Position numbers and translations under genes: made by a program. Under the pieces are notes generated by a model. That model saw only the letters and a program-made list of their open reading frames with translations, was not told where the DNA came from and ran no database searches. A stretch of 63,999 bases of DNA, filler included, from Folioceros fuciformis (taxonomy: Eukaryota): the NCBI GenBank assembly GCA_049999805.1. It is 5 parts of 4 records of this genome, joined end to end, with 100 filler letters (N's around TTAATTAATTAA, not from the genome) between each part and the next. Parts side by side here need not be neighbours in the genome. Positions count along the whole stretch, not along the records: positions 7,965 to 32,664 come from JBNGIO010006010.1; positions 32,765 to 49,037 come from JBNGIO010006010.1; 3 more parts are not named here. One strand, given 5' to 3'. Numbering within the stretch: position 1 is the stretch's first letter; each line of letters starts with the position of its first letter. Positions 25,456 to 38,670 of this stretch are shown here, one piece after another.

Positions 25456-28400
25456 ATGAGCGTTGTGCTGCCCACTGCCTCTGTGATTCTGGGTTGTAGG
25501 GAGCACCGCTGCTTCTGCACTTACCACGGCTGGGAGAGGAATGCCAAGGTCAGGAGGGCTGCCCAAGGGTCCAGCCGTTTGAGTCTTTTGTGGCCGCCAG
25601 GATATAGCAGGAAGAGACGCAAGGCCTCCATCAGATGCAGTGGATCAGAGCAGGACTCTTTCAGGAAGGATGAAGGAAATGGATTAGCGGGGCAGCTCAC
25701 AGGCGCCAATTCCCCTCTCAGAGCTCCTCCTAAGGTGGCTCCGACACATGAAGGTCTGGTGGGTCGGAACCCAAGTGGAGAAACTTCCAAAGAAGCGGAT
25801 GCTTCCGGAGACTGCATTGTGGACCCCGAGCTGCCATCGGAGCAAAAGGTGAGCTGGTTCTTAATTCGTAACATGGTGTGGGGTAGCAATTAGTCATGTG
25901 GAAGGTCTAACACGGCTAAGCGTGTGCTGCAGAGAGTGGGATCCGACTTGAAGACCCTTATCAGGAGATTCTGGAAGGTAGCTGCCCCATATTGGAGCTC
26001 AGAGGATAAGGTGCAAGCACGCCTCCGGCTGGCTGGCGTTTTTGCGCTCACCTTGGCAACCACTGGGATAAGTGTAGGATTCAACTTTCTTGGGCGTGAC
26101 TTCTACAACGCCCTGGCCAGTGAGTCAATCAAGCTTGTGACTTTTTTACACCATTGTTTGAAGCTCAAACTCAGTCACTCCTTCTGTTCGTGGCTCCTTA
26201 CCCATGGCTCTTGCTCGTCCTTGTTCTAGGCAAGGATGAGGAACGTTTCAGGACTCAGCTACTGTATTATCTGGGAGCCTTCATTGCCGGAATTCCGGTG
26301 AGCATATAGCCGTAATTGCTTGGCTACTATTCTCTGAAGCGAAATCAACATGCATGATACATTGCATGTCCTCAAGAAGGGGTTTCTTGCTTACCACTGT
26401 AATTCGGTAGATGGTCTGCCACCCTAGCTGGAGATGTAGATTGGAGCTCAGTTTATGCTCCTGCTCTCCTCTCAAGTCTGATTGCATTCACTCAAACGAT
26501 CGATGTCTATTCACTGATTTCTTATGTCTGAAGTGGTTCTTGTTAGGTTTTCGTGTTCCGAGACTACGGGAGGGAGACATTATCACTGCGCTGGCGAGCA
26601 TGGATGACTAAATTCTACATGAGCAGATACTTTGACAACAGGACATTCTACAATATTCAGTCGCAGTCCCTCATCGATAACCCTGACCAGAGAATTGTGG
26701 ATGACCTCAATGCCTTCACAGGCACAGCCCTCTCATTTGCACTTGCAATATTTAATGCGACAATAGACCTTATATCGTTCAGCGGCATTTTGTATGGTAT
26801 ATACCCTCCACTATTTGGCGTGTTGATTGTCTACTCCCTTGGAGGAACGGCAATCAGTGTTGCACTGGGCAAGGTGAGGTGAAGCTATGCAGACATCATT
26901 GCGTGACCTTTACGCAGTACATCTTGCTGGCATCCTCCTGTTGGATGAGACCAGGAACTAATTCTATGTCATTTCCAGGGCTTGGTTGGCTTGAACTTCA
27001 TGCAGGAGAAGCGTGAGGCCGATTTCCGTTACGGCCTTGTGAGGGTGCGGGAAAATGCTGAGTCCATTGCCTTCTATGGGGGAGAACTGAATGAGATACA
27101 GTTGCTTATCCAGCGGTTCAAGGAATCCTTCAACAATTACAGCGTGAGTTCCCCAGTCTGCGTGGCAGAGTGCGCCCATGAAGTGTTGAGGTGTTTGCTT
27201 ATTTTGTCACGACTCATCAGCCATCTGACGATGCTTTTTGTCGCACAGAAATTGTTGATAGCTTCCAGAAACTTGGACTTTTTTACAAGTGGATACCGTT
27301 ATCTCATCCAACTTCTCCCTGCTGCAGTCGTGGCACCTCTATACTTTGCCGGGAAGATAGAGTTTGGTGTCATCAACCAGTCCTTTTCTGCTTTCAACCA
27401 CATACTTGGCGATTTCTCTATTATCGTGTACCAGTTTCAGTCGATTAGTGCATTTTCAGCTGTGGTGGATCGACTTGGTAGGTTTCCTGACCATAGCCTG
27501 ACAGGCGCTTTCATGATGTAGATCACACAGTGTTGTCTCATGATGCAACTCTCTGGTTGAGCAGGGGAATTCAGTGAAATATTGGACCAGCAAAACGGCC
27601 CATTAGAGGAGTCTGCGGCAGGAGACTCCACAAAGGATGCTTATACAGCGCAGATATCGCTTCTTGATATGCCTCTTAAGCAGATGGATAGGGAGCAACT
27701 ACATGGACAGGTCTTGCTGGAAATATGTAACCTGACGTTACGAACACCTCAAAACACCATGACGTTGGTAAACGACCTGTCTTTACGTGTGCATCAAGGT
27801 GAACACCTGCTGGTGAGAGTCCCAGTCACACAAATGTTTGTAATCTATAGAAGGTGGTTATGGTGTTTTAGCCTGGTGTAGTGACCCGAGGTCCCCTTTC
27901 CACCAGGTCATGGGGGCGAGTGGCACCGGAAAGACATCACTGCTTCGGGCTGTTGCTGGACTTTGGCGTTCGGGTGATGGCACCATCAAACGGTACGTCC
28001 GATCAGAACAAAACGAAGTGCACGCAGCTGATGGAACGTCACAGGAGGAGTTGTCCACTGCTCCTGCACCAAACCTCGTCAACTCAGATGTCGGTGTCTT
28101 CTTCGTACCTCAAAGGCCTTACATGGTGCTAGGCACGCTTCGACAACAGTTGCTGTATCCCACCTGGACCCAGGGTCCTGCTGAAACCGCTTCTGAAGTG
28201 AAAGGTGATGAATCAACTCCGTTCCATCTTTTGCTACTACTGGTTCTGTGAAGTTGGATGATGTTAGCTAACAAAACGAGGCTCTCCCATTCCAGATTCG
28301 CTATTCTTTCTTGGCAAACCTGAATCTCACTCTGTGGGACGTCCCATCGACACTGCCCCGGACGACGACGAACTGCTCCGAACTCTTGAAAAGGTGAGAT

Positions 28401-28887
28401 TGGAGCACCTCATGTCACGCTGTGACGGACTGGACTCCCGTGTGGAGTGGTCGAGCGTGCTCTCCCTCGGAGAACAACAGCGTCTTGCTTTTGCTCGGCT
28501 TCTACTCACTCGACCAGCTCTGGCTCTCATGGATGAGTCAACAAGTGCACTGGACGAAAGCAACGAGGTACACATCCACTCCATGCCTCCTCCCATCCCC
28601 ACTCAACTGCACCTCCCTCTGAATTCCATCAACCCGCGAAAACACCCACACCCTCGTCTCATGCAAGAGCTCAATCTGTCCTGCAGGCCCATCTCTACAC
28701 TCAGGTGAAGGCAGCAGGAGTAACCTTCGTCAGCGTGGGCCACCGCAGCACCCTCCTCAAGTATCACACCCACATCCTTCAGTTAACAGATTCTCAAGAC
28801 ACCACCGGCTGCAAATGGACAGTAAGCCCAATCCAGGAACGTCTCCCACACCGACCAGAGATCCAAACCACGTCTAGATCTGATTAG
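25456..28887 (+). CDS. ABC transporter D family half-transporter, plastid type (ABCD2-like; multi-exon)
   Basis: Transit-peptide-like start, IDNPDQRI, EADFRYGLVRVRENAESIAFY (EAA motif), Walker A GASGTGKT, signature LSLGEQQR, Walker B LMDESTSALD, SVGHR. Confidence 0.92.
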
Positions 28888-29960
28888 CCCTTCAGCCAAC
28901 ACTCTTAGGGGCAGACGATGTCCATCAGCTGACGTGTATGTATCAACACAATCTACTCCCGCTCCTTTACAGGAGAAGTTAAGATAAGCTCACCCTCTCT
29001 CCAGTGCCCCACCCCCATCTGGACTTCCCACCCAACCAGCCACTCCCTGGCATCTGTTACTGTGTCACCAGTACATGGCACCTGCATATATATTTCCTCA
29101 AAAGGCGGCAAGGTTCGGTTACCGTGCACTGTACCCATATCCCACCTGCCTTCTCAAAAGGTCCTCAGGGTACGCACTACATGCCAACTGACAAGAACTT
29201 CCTCTCTCTTTCCGTCCTGTTCTCGGTACGGCCCACGCTTGTGAGCCCACCACCGTGGCCCACTGTATAAGCCATCCTCCATCGGGATTATTACCTTGAC
29301 CAGTCCATTCGTCCTTCTTGAATCCACTGGAACCACAGGCAGGCCACTAATTCTCTCAAATGAGATCAAGTACATACGTCGCTCTACTATGTTGTTGTAA
29401 ACTACCTGAGTACCTCTGTGCCAAGTTCCTCCTAGTACAGAAATCCTAAGAAAGCTGGATTGAGGCCCTGAGAATGCTGGGAAGGAGCCCCTAAAAGTGG
29501 TGGCAAAAGACCCTAAGAAACTGAATCCAAGCCCGCAAGCTTCTGAACTGGAGGCCTTAACCAGGATGACTTGCGAGTGAAGTGTTGGTGGTTACCAGTG
29601 GTGGGCAGTTTGAAATGTGGGAGAGCGTACATCCAGTGTAAAGGAAGCAGCAGTTAGGTAGTGCCAGAAGAGTGCAGAACTGGACGGATACTCTGTGCCG
29701 TCCTTGACCCGTTGCAATAGCGAAATGGATATGGGCTTTCCCCGATAGTCGGAATCTAGGAATAGCGGCGTGGTGTCCCGGACTCTTCGCTCGCTGCCGC
29801 GCTGTCTTCAGACTCGATCGTGCCAGAAATGGCGCAATGCGTGCAGCCCACAGGCTCCCTTGGCCCGAGACCTCTCCGGGTTGCCCATCTCCTTCCCTCT
29901 TCCTCTGCCTCGGTCTCTGGAGCCAACCTACCCGCCAGGCGCAGCCATGCGCCCGCTTAG

Positions 29961-30017
29961 GTCTGCTGCTGCTACTGCTGCTGTTGCTGCTTCTGCCTCC
30001 GCTGCTGCTGTTGCTGC
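29961..30017. repeat. Imperfect (GCT)n microsatellite upstream of the RLK
   Basis: CTGCTGCTGCTACTGCTGCTGTTGCTGC... Confidence 0.8.
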
Positions 30018-30447
30018 CTGGAGCGCCCGCTGGACAGGCGGATTGGAGCTCGGATGCGCATGCTCCTGGAAGACCAGGATCTGCGTCCCGGGGCGTGCGC
30101 TGTTGTTGTAACGGGGAGCGGGCTGGCACAGGATTATCATGTTACGGACAGTTAGCGCGGCTGCCTCTGGGAAGATGAAGTGGTTACTCTCCACCTCGGA
30201 TCTGGCTCCTTCCCTCCGCTGCGATTTCATGAAGTTTTTGAGGCTTGCTGGGCTGTGAGTGTGGGACAGCTCTCCCAGCGTTGGGAAGGGAAAACAGGGA
30301 TTTGGTGCCTCAGCCATGGATGCAGCGGATTTTGCACGCGGAGTGCTGGCGCTGGTGCTGATGCTGTGCAGCTGGAATTGACAGGCCTTGCGTACTTGGT
30401 TTCCGATCCGACGGAAGGGAAGCTGGGTGTGAGCGCAGAAGCTGCAG

Positions 30448-32235
30448 ATGCCGGGTCCTGGAATGCGGGGAGTCATGAAGCTCGTCTTCCTGCTCTTGCT
30501 GCTCTTGGTGAACGCGGGTGTGGGTTCTACGGCTTCGAGGCATCATCGCCACCACAGTAGGAGGACGCATTTCTTCGTGCAGGCGCCGAGCCCGAGTGCG
30601 TCACTCTGGGGTCCTGCTCCTCCGCCGACGCCAGGAGCTGACTATGTTGCGGTGCCGTTTAAGGATGATTCTCCTCCTCCTTCTCCTACTCCATCTCCCT
30701 ACGGTGAGTGGCCAGATCCCGAGGATGTAGAATCCCCGGATCAGGGGCCCTCGCCTGATCCGTCTTCATCAGGGCCTGCTCCATCCCCTATCATGCTGTC
30801 CTGGGGTAGCATCCTGCCCCCTGCAGATAGTGCTCTACCGCCTGCCAAATCCTGGTTTGAAATTCCTCCTCCCACTTCCGGGGATGATGTGCCTTCCCAG
30901 CATTTGCCTCCATCGCCCACCTCGGGTGGTGATGCTGGGCCTTCTTCTTCCCCCGGTGAATCGCCATCGGGGGCTGCTGCTCCGGGAAATGTTGAGCCCG
31001 GCCCGTACGCATCCCGGCCCGCTCCTCCGCCGGAGGAAGGAGCGGCCTCTGCTGTTCTGCCTGTCTATATTCCAAATGCTGGCATGTTGGGTCCTGACGG
31101 GTCTGGGTCTGATAGGCGGATTTCGGTGTGGGTGATGGCGGCGGTGGTCGGAACCGGAGCGGTGACGATGGTGGTGTTTGTTTCCGCAATGATCTTTGGC
31201 TACAGAGTGTTGAGGAAGAGGAACGGGGCGGCAGTGCGGCCTTGGAAATTCGGCATGAGCGGGCAGATGCAAAAAGCGTTTGTGACTGCCATCCCTGCCA
31301 TCAGCCGGGCCGAGGTTGAGGCTGCCTGCGAGGATTTCAGCAACATCATCGGGTCTTCACCGGACAGCGTGGTGTTCAAGGGGACTCTGGAGGACGGGAC
31401 AGAGGTTGCTGTGACCAGCATTCGAATCTCGGAGGAGTCGTGGACACCCAAGTCGGAGATCTTCTTCCGGCTGAAGGTGGAGAGCCTGGCGCGAATGAGC
31501 CACACCCACCTTGTGAATCTGGTGTCCTACTGCGCGGAGGACGATCCATTCACGAGGATGTTGATTTTCGAGTACGCTTCGAACGGAACATTGTTCGAGC
31601 ATCTGCATCGGAAGGGAGGGGATCCTTTGAGCTGGTCTACCAGGATGCGGATTATCATGGGAACAGCATACGGACTGCAGTACATGCATCACGAGCTGCA
31701 ACCGCCCACCAGCCATCTGAACTTCAACTCCAGTGCTGTGTACCTTACAGAGGACTTCGCAGCCAAGCTGGCGGAGTTCGGGGTCTCCAAGGCTGCTGTG
31801 GTGAGAAGTGATCGGAGGAGATTCCGCAGCAGCAAGAGCAGTGGTGGGATGGAGTACGACGACACGGAGGGTTCTGACAGGCACTCGCCGGACTTCGAGG
31901 AGAATGTGTACAACTTTGGAGTGTTCTTGTTGGAGGTTGTGACAGGTCGGCTCCCCTACAGTGAGAAGGAAGGATCGCTGGTAGACTGGGCTGGGCAGTA
32001 CATCAGTGCACCGGAGAACCTGGACTGCATGGTTGATCGGTCCCTGGAGTCGTTCGACCGGAGCCAGCTTCTGGCCATCTGCCAAGTATCCCGCCTTTGC
32101 ACGGACAGCTATCCTCATCGACGGTTCACCATGAAGGAGGCAACCAAGATGCTGGCCATGTCATTGAAGATCACGGCAGAGATTGCAGCACCCAAAGGCT
32201 CTTTGCTGTGGGCAGAGCTCGAGATTCTTTCTTAA
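30448..32235 (+). CDS. Intronless receptor-like pseudokinase with Pro/Ser-rich ectodomain (MRH1/MDIS-related kinase domain)
   Basis: Signal peptide (MKLVFLLLLLLVNAG), Pro-rich ectodomain, TM (VWVMAAVVGTGAV...), family motifs VRPW.GMSGQMQKAFVT, ELE-like EVEAACEDFSNIIG and C-terminal LLWAELEILS. Catalytic VAVK/HRD/DFG are replaced by VAVT/HLN/EFG. Confidence 0.9.
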   Translation: MPGPGMRGVMKLVFLLLLLLVNAGVGSTASRHHRHHSRRTHFFVQAPSPSASLWGPAPPPTPGADYVAVPFKDDSPPPSPTPSPYGEWPDPEDVESPDQGPSPDPSSSGPAPSPIMLSWGSILPPADSALPPAKSWFEIPPPTSGDDVPSQHLPPSPTSGGDAGPSSSPGESPSGAAAPGNVEPGPYASRPAPPPEEGAASAVLPVYIPNAGMLGPDGSGSDRRISVWVMAAVVGTGAVTMVVFVSAMIFGYRVLRKRNGAAVRPWKFGMSGQMQKAFVTAIPAISRAEVEAACEDFSNIIGSSPDSVVFKGTLEDGTEVAVTSIRISEESWTPKSEIFFRLKVESLARMSHTHLVNLVSYCAEDDPFTRMLIFEYASNGTLFEHLHRKGGDPLSWSTRMRIIMGTAYGLQYMHHELQPPTSHLNFNSSAVYLTEDFAAKLAEFGVSKAAVVRSDRRRFRSSKSSGGMEYDDTEGSDRHSPDFEENVYNFGVFLLEVVTGRLPYSEKEGSLVDWAGQYISAPENLDCMVDRSLESFDRSQLLAICQVSRLCTDSYPHRRFTMKEATKMLAMSLKITAEIAAPKGSLLWAELEILS

Positions 32236-32889
32236 ACGTGTGCGGCGATCTCAGCAGCTCACCATGCGGATGCGGGCGGCCTCCCCTTCTGATATGTAGC
32301 AAGTGATTAGTCCATCAATTGTACATACTTCGCTGCAACACTGGAAGGGAGCTTAGCAGAAAACCTGTACAACAGCACTCTCACGTCTTGCAGATTATTT
32401 GCAGTCCCTGCGGTGACAAAATTGCGCACATGCAGGACTCGTCCATCTTTCTTTCTATGGGGCGCCTGTAAAGTAGTCCAGGGAAGGGATCTGCTTTGGG
32501 TTGAGTTTCAGTTTATTCTTTCTTGGCTTGGCATCGGAGGTATGTCCCATGGCCACATCCAACAATAAAACCCTCGAAGTAAATGTTTTGATTTTGGGTG
32601 CCAGTGTTTTCCGATTTCAATAATTGACTGTTTCTCTCGTTCAAGGAGTGATCAGTTTGTAGAANNNNNNNNNNNNNNNNNNNNNNNNNNNNNNNNNNNN
32701 NNNNNNNNTTAATTAATTAANNNNNNNNNNNNNNNNNNNNNNNNNNNNNNNNNNNNNNNNNNNNCTTTGAAGGCTAGAAGCTTTTGATTTCATTAACTCT
32801 AAATGAATGTCCAACTTCAAATATGTTTCATAATCTGCCTAGAAATGACAAATCATGCATTATTATTCATTGTAACATGAGGGAAATAG

Positions 32890-34330
32890 TTATGTCTCTA
32901 TCATTGTTACAAGTTACTTTGTTTTGAATTCATGAAGTTTGCTTATGTTGGAGTTAAATTGTTATACCTTAGCTGCGTCGAAGTATTGAAGCAAGTTTCG
33001 ACCAAGAGAGGAGACCACTGTAGGGTATTCTTCAAATCTTCTTTCTTCACCTCTCATGACATGCTCATCAACTCTTTGGAAATAATTAATGATATTTTGT
33101 AGGTCATTTACCTTCTCTTCTAGGTGGACAACATTCCATCCTATTTCATTGTTTTGAGCTCTGAGCTTGTTCACATAATTGTGATCAATAAATAACCGTA
33201 GTACCACCGAAGGATCATGACAATCCATATGCATAATAAAATAATGTCCTTAAACTAAGAAAGGGCACAAAATATTGGAGAAACTCAATTCAATTGAGTT
33301 CTATGTAGGGCACAAGAGAATGTACCTGCAACAGCAATGACCATTTAGCCCTTAAGCATGCACAATACTTTACTTGACAAAGCATATAAAGGCTAGAATA
33401 AGCCTTGTAGTGGCTAATGCACTTCATCTAACTTAGGTTACGTAAAGCCTTACAAAGCATCAGAGCCAACTTAGATTATGAGGAATCTTATAGTAATCAG
33501 TGCAACTTAGGGTAGGACAAGTCTTGTAGAGTTTTTGAGTCAAGTCAAATTATGATGGTCTTCGTAATAGCCCATATTGTACAACCATGCCAACCTGGGT
33601 TAGAAAGAGTCTTTTGCTGACCAAGAGCTTGATCCAACTTTAAATATGAAGAATATCATTAACATTGCAACAACCTTACTAGATAGCACAATGAAGTGCA
33701 CCCTATAGTAGCTCTACACTTAGGTTTGTCTAGCTTAGGTTAGGGAAGTCTCTGGATGACCTAGCACTTGACCCAACTTAACATATGAAAGAATGTACTA
33801 AGGTTCCAACAAGTCCTATGGCTAGATCACACATAAACTCAGCTTAACCTAAGTTTGAAAAAATCTAACAAACAATGCAAAGGTACTCAACTTAACTTTG
33901 TTGTCCTCCTCATCCTTCTACAATAACTCCATACCCGCATTACAAAGAGCATATGCATTCCCAGAGGAGCCGTAAGCTATGGTTGGAAATAGTGGAAGCA
34001 GTGGAATCATTCCTAGACAATAGCATATGACATAGATCAACGTTATCCTTCAAAATAGTAGAAGGAATCCTTGTAAATAACCTAGGACATAGATCAATTT
34101 TGCATGGGCAATAACTTAGGATATTGATTGATATGATCCTTTTCAATGATAATAAGCTAAGAGGCGGTAGTAATAAGCTATTGAATGACAAGTATAGACT
34201 ACGTAGACGATAATAAATAGTCTAGTAGATCCATCTCACTGATAACAAAAGGTTAGTAGATTCTAGAAAATACTAGTTACTTGGTTTAAATTATGCATTA
34301 CATCAATTATTTCTTATATTTTAGACTACT
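32890..34330 (-). repeat. Copy 1 of a diverged ~1.45 kb direct duplication carrying an orphan ORF (32962-33234)
   Basis: Collinear similarity with 37215-38670, e.g. CTCAACTTAACTTTGTTGTCC and TTCTAGAAAATACTAGTTACTTGG in both copies. Confidence 0.85.
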
Positions 34331-34802
34331 CCATTACATGGAAACTTTATTTTAAAGAAGAGTTGGAGACCTATCTACCCTACAAGAAAAGGAAACACCC
34401 TCGTAAAGGGCATTTAAACTAAGGAGATGTTATAGTATGGACATAAGAATTTGTCCACATACATTACTCATAGACAGTGTGTGATTACTTAATAAAAACA
34501 AGATGGAAAACCCTCTACCTTGAAAGGAGTGAGACAAACCACCAAAGGTAACCAAACCACCAAGGCCAACCCCTAAAGCTATTAAGCCTAAAAACTACCA
34601 ATAGCACCTAAGATATTATGGTTTGGAAGAAGCAAGAGTCTACCCATTGAAGTTGTTCACATCTCCTCTCAAACCCTAGATAAGGAAAGGGTCAGTTTGG
34701 ATAGAAACAGAGTCCAGTGTATGAGCACTCCTTGAAGGATAGAGAATCGGCCTCCTCGGCCAACAAAAGCATGACATCACACACAGCATCGTGTATAGTG
34801 AT

Positions 34803-34970
34803 ATGGGCAATGGGCGAGATGAGTAGTATAGTGATTGAGTAGTGTTCCACAACTACAAGACGAGAGAGGGCAGGGTATAGCGTTGCATTGTCCTCCCATG
34901 GGCAATGGGTGAGATGAGTAGTATAGTGATTGAGTAGTGTTCTACAACTACAAGAGGAGAGAGGGTAGGA
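34803..34970. repeat. ~73 bp direct repeat, 2 copies
   Basis: ATGGGCAATGGG.GAGATGAGTAGTATAGTGATTGAGTAGTGTT.ACAACTACAAGA occurs twice. Confidence 0.85.
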
Positions 34971-35379
34971 TAGCCTATTCTCTCTCCTCACAACAAATTA
35001 TAGTAGTGTTTCAACCTTTGGCAAAGATTGAACCAAACCAAAGTGAAACATGACAGAAGAGAATGTGGCTAGTGCAACTTGGAAAGCCTGGATGCTAGGT
35101 CTAGTCAAGAGGCCAAGAACTTTTGTCCTTTCCCTAGCAAGAACGAAGCTGCAATCGAATAGGCCGAGGAATAGAAGAATTTTGAAGAAGGTTGAGTTGT
35201 ACTTTCTTGTATTCCTTCTTAAGAGGAGAAGCTTGGAGCCCTCAAATTCCCATTGCGGAAAGAGAGGAAAAATTGAGGCATACCAACCCTTACCACAAAA
35301 GAAAAAGAGTCCTTAGTTGACCTTGGGGACACTCACAAAGGGAGGGCACTCTCCTCAACATTAGGGACAAAAGATTCCA

Positions 35380-35800
35380 AAATGCAGCAATCACAGACAA
35401 GGAAATGAGAAGTTAAGATAGGCTCCTAAGAAAAGCTGCTAGTGTCAAAAATCTCTTTGTGGCCAGCAAACCAATGCTTCCAAAAACGATAGCAAGAGAT
35501 ACCTATTGCCTTGCACGATCCTTGGGTCCTAAGATCATCGGGTCGTATTAGTCCAAGGGGGCATAACCAATTATATCCCTAAAAACCTCCATGATCCTAT
35601 TGTCAAAGCTCCTCAAGCTTGCTAGGAATGTTGAAGAGGGTATGGTCCAGAAAAGGTACAATGAATAGTGTGTAAAACATAAGGAGAGGATGCCAAAAGC
35701 CACTACAGGTCCCTTAAATTGGGAAGGTCATCCACATGAATTAGGTCCTTCTCAAAGACTGCATCCATGATTCCTTGGACAAAGGTTAGATGCCCCACTT
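35380..35800 (-). mobile_element. Degenerate CRE/R2-like non-LTR retrotransposon relic (post-RT region)
   Basis: ARQ*VSLAIVFGSIGL...AAFLRS resembles the QAxLPxxxGGLG...AAFLGS segment of RLE-type elements. Confidence 0.4.
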
Positions 35801-37214
35801 AGACCTCTAAGACCCGAGGTGTCTATATCTTTATCTGTAAAAATAAGTAAAATATATATTCCTAAAATTTATTTAGTTATGTAAATGCTCAACATACCTT
35901 ATACTACACAACAACTAAATCAATGCATGTGTGCATATAGCTTCCTTGCTTAGTAATGTTTATATTTCAAGCTCTATTAATGATAATCTTGGATAACAAT
36001 CCCTAGACACAATTAAAGAGTCGAGACGTTTTGCATTGTATTAGAAACTCAAACAAATTAACAAAACTAGCTTTCACACATATGTGTGATGTGGTGAATA
36101 TATATGTCATTCCTTCCTAGAGAGCTCTACATCATGTCTTCCTTCTTCCTCATTTGGGATTGGTATATTTTAAGGTTTTCATTAGAGGCATTGAGAAACA
36201 AGCCTCTTCCATATTAGCTTATGGGCTTTTTGTGGTATCCTCTTTACTTTGGGGTAGATAAGATGAAAAACAAAATCTCATAGGCTATATTTTTTTAAGA
36301 TTCTAGCATTTTCTTATGCGCAGTAAGAAATTTATGTAAAACTTTTTTTGTATCGATTCCACTAATACAATTATTCGAGGCTAACAAGAATTGTATGAAG
36401 TTTGCAAGCTTAATTAAGATTACACAATTTAGAATGTATTAAAAAGGCACACTACTTGTTTCTCCATTATTTGATAATTATAAACTACATCAATAAATAC
36501 CGCACTCGACAAATAATATTATTTAGCATAGAGAAGTTTTTGAAGTAACAAAAATTAATAATGAACCTTTAACATATCTAAGTACCTAGAGACTAAAATG
36601 CTTACTGACATGTAAAGTGGAAACATCACTTATGAGAGAGCCATGTTTCTTCCAAAAGCCTTGCACTCATCATTTTAATAGGTTGCAAATGTAGAACTCT
36701 TTGGGTATCACCATAAGGAATTGAAAACTTAATAGGAATTGTATAAGGTATGGGAATTGAATACTGCCCACTAAATATTACATGAAGTTCTCTACTTATC
36801 GAGGTGTACATCTTCATGTCCGCAGTGTCAAATGCTAAGTTTCTCAAAGCTTTGAACAGAATCACCACATTATTGTGGATTGTTTGGAGATTACTGGGAA
36901 AGAAGGTGTTCAAAAGCACACCATCACGAAGTGTAGCAGTTTGAATTTCATTCAAACAAGTGTGCATGCCTTGCTCATGAGCATCTAGTGCAGCTAGAAA
37001 TTCTTGCATTGTACCCATAAGTTGTTTAAGCATAGGTTTCTGTACATTGTTATAATTTATCCGTCTCATCAACTCCGTGTACATTTCATGTTCGTTCTGT
37101 ACATTACAAAACATGCATCGTACAAGAGTAAGTAGAGTTAAGCAACCCTAAAGTTCCTCATAAGTGAGAACATGCTAAAACTAACCATTCAAGGTTATGA
37201 TAAGAATTAATTAC

Positions 37215-38670
37215 ATCTCTATCCTTCTTGCAAGTACTTTGTGTTGAATTCACTAAGTTTGCTTATGTTGAGGTTTAGTGCTTACACCTTGATTTGTTCA
37301 GTTTGAAGTCTTGTAGAATAGAGTTCCCAGATGGGTCGTAGCAAATATCGACGAGCACATGAGATCAATGTGAAATTTTCTTCTTCTGTGGGATGGTCAT
37401 TGATTCTGGTAGGCCCATGGTGGTTTGAAAAATAATTCGTGATGAATTTTATGTCATTCATGTCCTCTTCTAGCTGGGTAATCTTCCATTCCAATTCATT
37501 TATTCTAGATCTGACGCTATTCACAAAATTGTAGTCAATATGTAGTTGATGATCCATAGGATGATAATCATCCATGTTCATAATATAATAAGTTCCACAG
37601 AATATTGAAGAAATTCAACTCAATTAAGTAAGATGTACGTTGCAAGGCAATGTACTTGTGACCACAAAGGTCACAATGACCATCTACACCTTTAGCACGA
37701 AAGACACTTTGCTTTACAAAACATATGAAGGCTAGAACAAGCCTTGTAGTAGCTAGTGCACTTCCTCCAATTTAGGTTACATATAGCCTTTCAAAGCATT
37801 GGAGCCAACTTAGATTGAGAGGAACCAAGCTAACTTAGATTGAGAAGAACCAAGCTTCCTGTAATCAATACAAATACACTTCGTCCAACGTAGGTTAGGA
37901 GAAGCCTTATGAAGCGCTTGAGCCAAGTCAAAATATGAAGGTCCGTGTAATAGTAAATACCCTGCATCCACTGTGGGCTAGAAATAGCCTTTTGATGACC
38001 AAGGATTGGACCCAACTTTAGATATGAAGAATATCACTTATGTTGCAGCAGGTTTACTATTGAGCATATGTACAATGAACTGAGCCTAATAGTAGCTATG
38101 TCCTTAAGTTCATCTAACTGAGCTTAGAAAAGCCTTTGGATGACCTAGCACTGGACCCAACTTAGAATATGAAAGAATATCACAAGGTTGGATGTAGCTC
38201 GTCCTTCTAGATAACGCATGAACTTAGCTCAACCTAAGTTTGGAAGAATCTTACAAACAATGCAAGGGAACTCAACTTAACTTTGTTGTCCTTCTACAAT
38301 AACTCCATACCTACATGACAAAGAACATACGCTTTCCCTCGGCAATAAGTTGTGGGTGGAAATAGTGGAGGCATTCCTTGAGAGTAGCCTAGGACATAGA
38401 TTAATATTGTCCTTCGAAATAGTGTAAGGATTCCCGGACAATAACCTTGGGCATAGATAAATACTAACACGGTAATACTTTAGTAGATCAATTGATATGA
38501 TTCTTATGTTAAGAATAAACTAAGAGATGATAATATACCAGAAGGTGGTAATGGATAGGTTAGTAGATCTACCTTATTCATACCAAAAAGTTAGTGGGTT
38601 CTAGAAAATACTAGTTACTTGGTGTAAATCATGCAGTACATTTATTATTTCTTTCATGTCAGACCCCTTC
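37215..38670 (-). repeat. Copy 2 of the diverged duplication, carrying ORF 37282-37581
   Basis: Collinear with 32890-34330; ORFs align (IDHNYVNKLR...NEIGW...LEE.VNDL..I.NYF vs IDYNFVNSVR...NELEW...LEE.MNDI...TNYF). Confidence 0.85.
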
